A DNA stretch of 64,000 nucleotides. Origin: Zygnema circumcarinatum SAG 698-1b. Taxonomy: Eukaryota; Plantae; Zygnematophyceae. Each line of letters begins with the position of its first letter. The first letter of the stretch is position 1. This document shows positions 1 through 11,212 of the stretch, piece after piece. The notes under the pieces are model-generated. The model was not told the DNA's origin. It saw nothing but the letters and a program-made list of their open reading frames with translations, and made no database searches. The stretch is taken from assembly GCA_037447605.1 (NCBI GenBank), contig CM074806.1:4774001-4838000 (forward strand), read 5' to 3'. The position numbers and the translations under genes were made by a program.

Positions 1-253
1 AACCGCCCTAACGATCTCGTTCATTTAGTCAATATGTTCAATCTTATCAACGACCAAACCAAAACAATGAATAGCCTCTACTGACACTAATGCAAGGGTT
101 AAAGTTAGGGTTTCTAATAAAGTTCAAACCCTAACCAGATGATATACTAGAGCTTGAAGTAAAACCCCAAGCTTGTGGTTAACCAAAACAATAAAAAAGG
201 ACACGGGAGCGACAATGCAGTTCGCCATTGAGATTCAACAATAAACTTCCAAC

Positions 254-1021
254 CTGTTGTACGAGCTCCCGCGTCGGAGCCAACATAAGACAAGTAGGAG
301 ACCCAATTCCTCCATTTTTCCTTTTCCGTTTCTCGAGTATATGCAGCAATGCAGGAACTCCAAACGCCAACGTCTTCCCCGAGCCCGTCGCAGCAATGCC
401 AATAAGATCTCTGCCAGCCTTCAGCACCGGCCAAGAATGTGCCTGTATAGGGGAAGGCTGCTGAAAGGAAGCCAGGGATTCCGTCACACTCTCTGGAAGC
501 ACAAACTCCGAAAACGACTTGAGAGCTCGGAATTGAGGATCCTCGGATCCGCGACCTGATACCGCGATTGCGATATTGCTCCACCTGTCGAGAGAATCCT
601 TCTTCTCGCTCTCACAATTCAGGGTTTTTTTGGAGGTGCCATTCAGTTCCGCATCATTTCTTGTTGTCTCCTTCTCCGTATTTTTCTTATTCTTTTTTCG
701 TTTACTGTTCTCCGCCTCCTCCTTAAGGCCACTTAATCCTTCTTCCTCGTCCAAACAACCTTCCTCATCCTCCCCCTTCTCTTCCTCCTCCTTCCTACTC
801 TTCTCCTTTTTCTTCTTCTTAGTTTTCTCCTTCTTTACATCCCCTACTCCCGCTTCCTCCACCTCTGCTTCCAAACCCTTCCCTCCCTCCGTTCCTTGCT
901 GCTTCTTCTTCTGCTTCTTCTCTAAGCTCCCAAGCACCCCTTTCACCTTCACCGCGTCCACCTCCTCCTCCGCCTCCTTTCGCTTCCGCGTCGTCCTCTT
1001 CTCCTCCGCCGCCGCCGTCAT
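254..1021 (-). CDS. DBP3: DEAD-box RNA helicase, DBP3/plant RH5-like; first exon only, the gene continues past the window start
   Basis: ATG at 1021 opens a K/E-rich N-terminus followed by the Q motif (FQQPSPIQAHSWP), motif I (GRDLIGIAATGSGKT) and motif Ia (LAPTRELVQQ). The exon ends at CAG|GT at 254/253. The subfamily call is from recalled similarity to RH5/DBP3. Confidence 0.88.
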
Positions 1022-1385
1022 GGCTGCCTCCGCAAGGAAGCTCCTCCGCAGAGTACACAATTGGCCCTTTGTTACAAAGTACAAACCCTAATTTCCAACA
1101 TCACATTCCCTGCCAATTCCTGCATATGCTTTCAGCAACATACGCGTATGTCACCAGTGTACATACTGTATCGGTATATCGTATTGAACCGCTAAAATCT
1201 AAAAGTGTATCGCGTGTTATATCTATTGCGATATATCGCTTGAATTCGAACCTTGCAGCTGCGGGCCATGGCTGCCATGGCTGCTTGCGAGCTGCAGCAG
1301 TGACAGTACGAAGGAGAAGCCTCACAGCCATAGCTGGCGATGCTGCCTCTTGGAGAGGCCTAGATCAGCAGCGGAAGCATCATCT
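1022..1385. promoter_or_regulatory. Putative bidirectional promoter between the helicase and TERT, containing a telo-box
   Basis: The two divergent ATGs are 364 bp apart. AAACCCTAA lies at 1083-1091. Confidence 0.55.
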
Positions 1386-4300
1386 ATGGCCGCTTCTCCA
1401 GTAGTGCTACAACGGCTCTACCCGGAGCTCATGACTCTCGAGCAGTTCATCAGAACTCGGACTGCTGTGGCTGAGCCCTTCGCCCCGCCATGGCTGCTGG
1501 AGGGTGCAGATCCTCCTGCCGCTGTTTCTATACTGCAGGAAGTGTACGTGGCAGCTGTAAAGGAGCAGGAGCAGTCTGCTCTGCCTCTCGAAAAGGAGCG
1601 CAAGTGGACTATGGCGGAGGTGAGAGCAAGCAATGCAGGGTCGGATGAGTAGGTGCACTACATATGATACCAGAGGGATTGGTAGTTATTTAAGGAGGGT
1701 CATATTTTTTAGTTTTCATCGTAAGAACGGGTGGCCAGCTTAGGTGGATGCAACATTGCTTGCTTACACTTCCTTTGTATGTTATCTGCGGTAGATTGTG
1801 GAACGCACGATTCAGGTTCAGTTCAAGCAGGCGGGTGGTGGAAGACCTGCACACGTCCTCTGTGCCGGATTTCAAAGGGTGCGGCTTTACCCTCTTTAAG
1901 TGAAGCGCGAGATTACGAGCAAATGCATGATGAATTTTTTTTTTTCTATCACTCTAATCGGTAATTTCTTATATAAAAATCTGGTTGTTGTGATAAGGTG
2001 GCGAGATTTTTTTTTATTATCGTACAGATGCTGGTCAATGCTTGACCAATTTTGAGTCTTTTAAAGAACAACATGCTGAATCTTGAACTTGGTGATTGGG
2101 TCGTTCACAGCACCTATGTGAATGTCGAAACAATTCCTCCTCTAGGGAACTTGCATGTGTGTCAAAGTTCTCTTTTTTCTCTCTAGCATCTGCTTTACGG
2201 GAGACTTTTGCCTGGGAGGAGAATTTGAACCACATATTTCCACTAGGCGCATCCCTTTGGTCCAAGTCGCTTGCGATACTCTAAATTACTCTCTCTTTCT
2301 TTGTATGTCGGCAGCCTAGCCCGTATAAGCGGCAGGGCAGCATTTCTCCCGAGACCAGCCTCACAATGGGACTGCATTCCGTATTCCCCAGCGAAGTTGT
2401 GCAGATGTTGACATCACCCCCATGGCACACTCTCCATTCCCAGGTCGGTCAACAATTGCTTTGCATTCAAATTCGAGAGCCTCGGATCTTCCATCAAACT
2501 GGAACGAACCTTTTCCCCCTTCTCATATTCTTTTTGTTTATCACGTTTGTACTCTTCCCGTCTTTCTCCTTCAGCTAGGCGACCAGTTCATGCTTTACCT
2601 TCTGTCTGGAACAGTCATGTTCCTCTCCCTCCCAGGCGCGTGCTTCCTGCAACTCACAGGGCCTCCCATCTCAAGTACGGCTCTTACCTACGCAAGGAAC
2701 ATGGCACAGAACCAACCCCGACTCGTTTGGAAGCATGGAAAACGCGACAAACTGAACCTGCGCAAATGTATGGATGTAGTGTTGAGTCGAAAACAAAAGT
2801 GGAAGAGGCACAGGACGGAAGATTGGGGCAAGGTGACTGCGACCTTGAACGGACTTGGCCTGAAGAAAATTTCTTCTGAAAAATATGGGAATTCGTTAGT
2901 GGTGGGAAAGAGAGGTGTTGAGGAAGAAAATTTGAGAGAAACAAATTTGATGAAACGACAAAAAATGACAGACATCCAGCAAGAAAGAGGCGAAGCAACA
3001 GGAGACGAAGGAGGAACTGTTGTTGAACGAACAATGATAGATGCCTTCCAGAAAGGAGGACTGCGGGGGTTGAAAGAAGGGGAAAAGGATGGAGACGACA
3101 TTAGTAATTATGATGATGCTTATTATTTTGAATTAACTGCGGTAGATGGGCAGCCGAAAACACAGCCAAGCTCTCCTGAATATGGAAATGTGATGAAGTT
3201 GCTATGGCTGCATGAAGCTACCTTGAATGCTGATCTCGTTGAGGAAGCAGACCCTGGTTTGGAAGAAGACGTGGCTTTCAATAGTAGAAACCATTGTGGC
3301 AGCCCTTCTGCAGGTATGGAAGGTGCAGATAATTTCTGCACTCAGATGGTAGAGGCTATCGAGGGAAGCAGGTGCTGCGATGTGAGTGAAAAGGGGGGGG
3401 ACGAAGACAAAACGGAATCGAAAAGGGAGAGGAGGGGGCGCAGAAGGGGGAAGTGGAGAAAGAAGGCCAGAAAGAAGGTTATAGGACGAGAATCAAAGGT
3501 GGATGAATGTTTTCAACAGGAGGAGATGTGGAAAGAAAGGAGCCCAAACGGAAAGGTCCTGGATGCTTCAAAGAGCTTGGAGGGTGGGGAGAAGGTGACG
3601 AGTAAAGACAGTGCAGGAAGGGAGGCAATTCACGCTGAACGAACAGGGAGGGATTTCATGTGCAGGCTCTCCACAGTGGAAGAAGAGGTGAATGGCAACA
3701 TATTGCACGGAAAAAAGAAGGCAAGGCCAAGTAAAAAGCAAAGGGAGAGGGTCCAAAAGAGAAGGAAGATCGAATTGGGACATAGAGATCAAGGCAACGA
3801 CGCTTTCAGGGGCGACAGCATGGAGAGGCGCGAACAGTTGAAATCGGGTGAACCGGTGCAAATGCGAGTAGGGGAAGAAGAGCCAAAACCAGAGGAAGAG
3901 AGAAGAGAGCAGAAGTCTAAAGGGAAGAATACTGAAATGCTATCTGCAGGAGCGAGAGGGAGAATTGGTAAGTTGTTATTAGAAAAGAAAGGTTCACCTT
4001 CGCAGCAGGTAGGGTCGACAGCCAACGGCAGAAAGGGTGCTCCTCTAAAGACACCAAGCATTCCTGGAAAAGAAATGCATAATAGGTCCGGAGCTGGGCT
4101 AAAGAGAGTGGGAAAGCGTGAACAACAGCGAGACCAAACAGAGAAACCACAAGGAGGTAGGCAGGCTGAGAAGGTAAAGTTCTCATTGACAAAAAGTTCC
4201 GATTTGTTTCAGCGAATTATCCCGAGGGCAGGAATATTTTACAGCACTTACTTTCGGAAGCGTGCGGGGCTTCCTAAAAGCCGTATCCTTCCGCCATCAT

Positions 4301-7300
4301 CATTATCTTCATGCGTTCTAATGCGATATCGTGTGAGAATATATTCGGGATTTGAGTATTGGGTTTGAAATGCCTTCTTCTGCTCCTTTACTCTTTTATT
4401 TTATCTTTATCAGACATCTTGCAAAGCTGTTTGTCCGGCACGGAAGGAGCCCGTCAGCTGTATGAGGCTATCTTCTGTTCGAGCTATCAGAAGGTGCCAG
4501 CTGGCAAGGACAGGCTATGGAGTGCAGGTGCAAACAAGTGGAATTTGAAACCTTCGTCTTCCAGGTACAAGTTGTGATCCGCAATTCCTCTTGTTTGGAG
4601 TGGTTGGGTGGGAAACATGTGTGAATTTGAGGAGATGGAAGTTGCACGCTCAATTTATTATCACCTATCCTAAGGACCTCCAACTTTCTATTGGTTCTTA
4701 AGGTCCAATAAGCTCCTGCAGATTACGGATTGGACGCGGTTGTGCTCATATTCTTCCCCTTCTTCAAAGTATGGCAACCAGAGCGAGGAAATGTGACATG
4801 TCACGACTCCTGTCCCGCTATTGCCCCCTGCCTGTATGCTGCTGCTACGTCACTACCCCATCTCCTACTGAAAGTTTTTCGTTCACTGCAAATATGGAAG
4901 CTGTACAGAATAGATCAAGTCAGGACATGGTGGGAACAGGTGTAGAACTATGTGGAAGGCCCTCCTATGCGGAGGTGCCACGTGGCACAAAAAAGCATTG
5001 TAGACCTGCTCCACAGGCAGAAATGGAGGATGATGGCAATGTGGTGGGAGCCATGGATGAAGGGATGCGTCATGACATGTGGCAGACAGACTGGCTGCCA
5101 CTTGACATGCTGGAGGCAGATGGGTATGCCACACAGGCTGAGGATAACGACTCATCAAGTGAGGAAGATGGGGGCTGTATGAGTGAAGTCCCATGTGCGG
5201 GTAAAGAGGAGAGAAGTGAAGAACAGAGTGATGCAAAGAGTGAAGGAGGAGATAAAGAAATGGACAAACGAGAGAGTAACGACAAGAGAAAGGGCGAGCC
5301 ACGTCAAAAGGACGTAACACCAAACCCTTTCCGAAGAATTTCCTCCTCTTGTGTGAACCATTTGTCACTAGAAGAGCTTCTGAAAGCGTCCACACCCCAG
5401 AGGCAGGTGGTGGAATTTCTGTGGGCAGCTCTACAGAAAATGATCCCAGATGAACTGCTCGGCCTGCGCTCTAACCAAAACAGATTGAGGCAGACCATTC
5501 ATCGATTTGTCGCTCTAAGGAGATGGGAAAGTTTCACTCTTCAGCAGGCAACAGCAAAGCTCAAAGTGTCAGGCTTTCCTTGGTTATCAGGGCCTGCAAA
5601 TGGAACACAGAACGTGGGCACAGAACCACCCAATTTTATAGGGAACCTAATCGAGAAGAATTCTAGAATGCCCAATAGACAACGGTCATATGCGTCCATG
5701 AAAAGGCGGCATCCTATAGTTGGGGCTCAAGATGAAGACTTTCACCGAGAGGATTCCAATGGAGGCAACAAGGAGCATGAATGCGCGAAGAAGTCAGTTC
5801 AGGAAAATGATGTAAAAGGGAAGAAACGAAGTAGAGGAACGGGATGGGCTAAGTCGTCATCATGTCAGCAGCAGTCGATTAAGAAACAAAGAATGATGTG
5901 GGAATGGGTGTGGTGGATGTTTTCTTTCCTCGTGGTTCCTCTTCTTCGGGACCACTTCTTTATTACGGAAAGCGAGCACCAGCGTCAGCTGGTCATTTAC
6001 TACCGCAAACCTGTATGGGCAAGGATCAGGTGCGAACCTGATCCTGCATTGGAATGCAGATGCTCTCCTCTTTCAAACAAATTTTTTCAGAGTTTTTTGG
6101 GTTTTGTATTCCGTGCCTCTGCTGGTCTGTTTATGGTTTCTATGGATTTTATACTTGTTTGTTGTTTGGTCCATGGTTGATTACAGTAGGTATTGAGCCT
6201 TCTTAACCTTCAATTTAATTACGAATCGCAGCATTGCGGCTTGAAAGACTTGCATGTTTTTGTGAAGAGAAAGCGTAGTTAATAACCCCAAGTCCCTGAA
6301 TTTCCAGAGCTCTTTCCATATCGTCGTTGGCTTCAACTACCTTCCAACAGCTCACAAGAAAGGAAGCCTATGAAGCTCTGAAGGGCAAGTCTTTGGGATA
6401 CGCTTCACTTCGTTTGTTGCCCAAGGCTGAAACAGTCCGTCCCATTGCAAACATGAAGGGGGCTATGAAAGCCACCTTCCATGGACCATCCACTTCTTTA
6501 AAAGTACTAAACAAGAAGAAGAAACTGGCAGCTCGTTTTCGAACTTTGTTTCAGCATTTGATCAACTCTGAAGAAGGCGGTACCTCTGTTGCAGTCGGCG
6601 GAAGAGGAGAGCAGAGGGGGGGAGAGGGGGAAAAGGAAAACAGTGGTAGCGGTGACTGCTTGCCAGTTGAAGACGGAAGAGGAACACTTAAGTCCAAAAA
6701 GCTTAGAAATTCAACAAATTTTGTAAATCTTGAGCAGTCGAATCGAACGAGAGCAGAGAGCAGCAAGCAAGGAGCTGTTCTCCGGTTTAAGTCGGTGAAT
6801 TCTTTCCTCATAGACGCTAAGCAGTGTTTCAAATACGAGGCATCCATGCATAGTGAAGATCTGGGATCATCCGTGTTCGGCTACAACGACATTTACACGA
6901 AATTACGGCAATTTGTCCTAGAACTTCGTTATCGGTTTGGACAGATTCCTCCGCTATTTATGGCAGTATGTGATGTTGCTAAGGCATTTGACACTGTGCG
7001 TCAGAAAAAGCTTTGCAGCATCGTGGAGGTAAGGATGTCGCCTCCGCTTTCCCAGCTCGCTCCCTCCCTCCCTCACGTACAGTGCGTTATTCCCCCATCG
7101 GTTCTTTGCCTGCATCTCTCTAATCCTCCCGTCACTTTCTCCCCCCCGTCTCCCGTCTCCTTCTCCTTTCTCCACCCTCCCCCTCCCGCCCCTCACTGCG
7201 CCTTCCTCTCATCCATCCTCTCCCATCCCACTCGCTTCTCTCTCTCTCCCCCCTTCCCTACCCCTCTCCCCGTTCCCTCTCATGTCGCTCTCACACTCCT

Positions 7301-9458
7301 TTCTCACACCGCAGGAGTTTTTCCGGGAACAAGAGTATTGCGTCCGGAGATACGCAACTGTTTTCCCTTTAAAGCAGCGGAGCCAAGTACGATTTGAGAG
7401 AGCTGTGATCCCAACAGGCAGAACCTTTCAGCAAATATTGCTTCAATTGGCACCTTCAAAGCGACATAGTGCTCTGGAGGATCAGGTAAGACCTTATTTC
7501 CCATTCAACGCAGGTTGAAAGTTCTCAGACGTTTTTGAGGTTTCAGGTTTCTTTCGTTTGTCAGTTTTATGGGAGTTTTTCGGAGTGTTTTTGTTTGAAA
7601 GAACAATTCGCCCTCCATGAATGGCAGGTATTATCTACTCGCTTGAAGTGTGGAGAGCTAAAGGCACTTGTGCAACGCCATATCAGTAGAAATATAGTGC
7701 GCATTGGGAATCACTTTTATCGGCAGACGAAGGGAATCCCGCAGGGCTCTGTTCTCTCTAGCCTTTTATGCTCGTTGTTCTACGGACACATGGACAAATG
7801 TATCCTCCTTCCGCGGTTCATTCCTCATAGTTCTCCTTCAAGTGCTCCTTACAGTCAGCCTCTGCCTTCTGCCACTAATCAGAAGTCTCCAGGAGCTTCA
7901 TCGCTGGTCTGTGAGGAAAGTTTGCATGCGATTTCTTTCTCAAGGAAAGAGAAGCTTCAGCAAGTTGAAAAAGAGAATCGGAGCTTGGCATCAATGGATA
8001 CTGTACTTGGAGAAGGGCCTACATTTGGGCTAAAAGGTGACAGTATTGATCCCCTCTTGGAGCTCGCAGAGGCTGTGGAAGACATAGCCAGAGCGAAGTT
8101 ACCTGTCTTTGGGAAGTGGCTTCAGTGTATGTCTGAACCGAAAGCAGGCCTGAACGGTAAAGATATGAACCCTAAAGTGCAGATTAGTCCCGATAATAAT
8201 AATAATCTCAAATCAAAAGCAGCGTTGCTGTTACGACTGATCGACGACTCGCTCTACATCTCCACCTGCAAGGAGGATGTGATGCAGTTTGTGGAAACCA
8301 TGCATGAGGGATTTGAGGATTATGGCTGCAAAGCCAACCAGAAGAAGACAGGTGTCAGTTTTCCGCTTGAACTGGATGGTCAGGGGATTGCAAGGAAGGA
8401 GTTTGTTGCGGGAGACAGCACACGTTTTATGAAGTGGGCAGGTCTGCTTATCGATGTGAGAGAACTGCAAGTGCAGGCTGATTATACAAGGTAGAGACGA
8501 CCTCTATTCTCTCCTTCATTCTCGTCTCTGGCTTAGAATCTCCCCTCACAGTTTGCTCCTTTCAGTGAGGGCAGCGGTCCGTCAGTCATTTTTTGTGGTT
8601 GCTCTCCTCCTCCTGACAATTCCTCTGATTCGCAGTGTCTTTGGGGTTCGCGAGGTCTTGACAATGTCTATGGATTTTTCAAAGGCGTGTGTAATTGACT
8701 TTCTCTATAATCACACAACTTCGATTGTGATTTCATGCCTCAATGGACCCTCAACTAACCTCTTTCGTAATGCCATTCTGAGCAGATATTGCGGCAGCAA
8801 TATTGCTGCAGCCATTACCGTTGCCTCAAGCAGCCGCCAGGGCGTGAATCTTGTCAAGAAGATGCTCGATTTCGTACGCCCTAAATGCCATGCCCTCTTC
8901 TATGACACCTCCATCAACGTGGAGACCACAATACTGCTGAACGTCTACCAAACATTCCTGCTCTGTGCGATGAAGTTGCACGCATATACCAAAGATATAC
9001 CTGTTGGACCTCGCCAGAACCCTCTCTTCTTCTTTCGAGCTATCCGCCGCACTGTCAGGCAAAGCCTTTCAGAAAGACCCTTACGTTCCAGTAGCTTGGC
9101 AATGTGGACATTGCCGTACCGATCTCCGTTGCTTCTGCAATGATGCCATGCTTCTATTGAATGCCTTTGTTCTGCATGCAGATGCATGCACAAACTTATC
9201 AGCAGCCGCCTTCGAGCTGCGGAGAATCTGATCAAGGAGACTGCGGGAGACCCTCCTCATCCTCCCTTTGTGGAGTGGCTCGGCTACAACGCATTCATCT
9301 CCGTCCTCCAACGGAAGCAGTCCAACTACACCGTTGTGCTTTCCTTGCTCAGAAAAGCCCTTACAGCCCGCGCGTATCGGGGGTTTGCAGATTACCCTCC
9401 CCTGGCTGCTGCTCTGGACCCAAGCAGATCCTCCGTGTTCAAAGACATTCAGTATTAG
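1386..9458 (+). CDS. TERT: Telomerase reverse transcriptase, 11 exons, ~1972 aa
   Basis: Exons: 1386-1619, 1795-1878, 2315-2443, 2575-4282, 4414-4564, 4722-6029, 6308-7028, 7315-7485, 7628-8490, 8786-9058, 9182-9458. They sum to 5919 nt and stay in frame. Motifs seen: TEN/GQ (LGDQFMLYLL...QLTGPPI), CP (LLSRYCP), QFP (QVVEFLWAAL), T (LVVPLLRDHFFITESE...YYRKPVW), 1/2 (LRLLPK..VRPIAN), A (DVAKAFDTV), B' (GIPQGSVLSSLLCSLFY), C (RLIDD), D (YGCKANQKKT), E (WAGLLID), and a plant-type CTE ending DIQY. Confidence 0.97.
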
Positions 9459-9776
9459 AAGAAGACAGCACCTTCGAGGAGGTCGAAGGAGTGGGTGAAA
9501 ATTTCCCTTCGGCTTCGGCATATCCTTGACATTTCCAAAAATAAAAAGCTGATCGATTTTGATCATTTCTTATGTGAAATACCGATAAAGACTAGAGCGT
9601 TCAGCATTTTTGTATGCCTTGTTACTGCGTTTGATTGTGAGGTCCTGCATTTGTATTCATCCCCTGCACGTTCGGCAGCACTCTCCATCTCTGTCACAGG
9701 AGAGGTTGGTCGACGATGTTCTCAAAGCACTTCCAAACGAGCCATGTTGGTTCAGCAAGAGCATACGGCCAACGTG

Positions 9777-10180
9777 TTACTCGTCAAGAAAAGACGAGAG
9801 CCCCATACACATGCGCACAGCAGAATCTTTCCACCCATGTGCTTTTGTTTTGCTGAGCACATGGAGATGAAGTTCAAGTGCCGTGGAGCTGTGGAAGTCC
9901 ACGCTTGCTAAAATGATTTTAAAAAATCAAAACATGTCATGGAAAGTGAACAATGAGTTTACATAAGCAAACCGCTCCTTCTCTGTTCCTACAAACGTGA
10001 GATGTAATGCAAGCTGGGGGTGAAGTGTTTACCTCTTCTTTCCTCCACCCTCCCCTCCGCTCCACCGCCGCCATCTCTCTTTTCTCCTCGTTTCAAAGCA
10101 CAGCTCACAGTGCTCGGGTAGAAGCCCCCCTCCAAGCTTGCGCAGTGATGCGAAGGCATGCTCGCATGCCATGGAGCCAT
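9777..10180 (-). CDS. Candidate small two-exon gene (~92 aa), unknown product
   Basis: Exon 10033-10180 (MAPWHASM...EERR) ends at G|GTAAAC. Exon 9777-9907 follows a ttttag acceptor. Phases are compatible and the total is 279 nt ending in TAA. No recognisable domain. Confidence 0.25.
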
Positions 10181-11212
10181 GGAGCCATGGAATCCACATG
10201 CTATGGAGGCCGTGCCATGGGCATGCCTGACTGGGGACCGAGTCCGCCAACCTCCTTTCTGACAGTGTGAACGTTTTTCCCTGGAAAGTGGTTCGAATGT
10301 CGGCGAACTCAGTACAGTAATTCCGACTGTGGGCGTGCGCGTGCCGACAAAAAGAGATGCGGAAAACGTCGTCAGCACGTTGACCGCCAGCGTCGCGTTG
10401 ACCGCCAGCCGGGGCGCGGAACGTCGTCGGAGGAAATCGTGACCGTTCGATTCCGCGATCGACGGTCCAAGTGTCGATTATTCGGCCCTCATTTGGCCTC
10501 GCGATGATGGCGATGCCATGAAATGGTGCATGGACAACAACAACAACAACAACAATGCCAATCCACTCGCCATGTACATTTGATGGCCCATCGTGAGATC
10601 CATGCTACTTCCAGTTCATCCACTCGCCTATTCATGCAAACAACAACAACAACAGCAGACAACAATGCAAAATGACCAAGCACCAGGGTGGTTGGCCCAA
10701 CTGGCCACTTGACGACTTCAAGTCATTGGAAACGCACCCATGCGAGTTCATCTCAGGTTCACGCAAAAATTACGCATCGTAAAAAATAAGAAAGTTTCAG
10801 CTACCAAAGAACCGTTACATTGCTTGCTTACCCCTCGTTCTACAATAGTCTGCCACTCAACTCTCAGCTTCCATAAAAAGTCAATGACAATCCTAAAAAG
10901 TAAACCCTAGCTCTGCGAATTAATCCCAATAATCCCAACAATCCCAGTCATATTTACCACACGTTCATTATTCACAAACCCAAAAATTTTGGCGGAAGAC
11001 CACCTCCAAAGGCCTGCTCGTTTCCTGTCCCCTCTTCCTCTTCCAAAACCAGCCCTCCACTTCTCCCTTCTCTCCTTCTTCACAAGCACTTTTAGGGCGG
11101 TCTCTCGTGCCTTGCACCTCCACTCCATATTGTAGCTGTGAAAAAATACAGGGACACTATTCTGTACAACTGTCCCTTAAGGTCCCTGCAGGAGGGAGGG
11201 GGGTGAATGAAG

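Noticed and set aside
6308-8490. Reverse-transcriptase motifs as a retroelement or group II intron
   Set aside because: The TERT-specific T, CP, QFP and CTE motifs and the spliceosomal introns identify it as telomerase.
10285-10460. B-box-like GGTTCGAAT (~10291) and GTTCGATTCC (~10445) as tRNA or SINE
   Set aside because: No cloverleaf, no matching A-box or acceptor stem, and no poly-T terminator.
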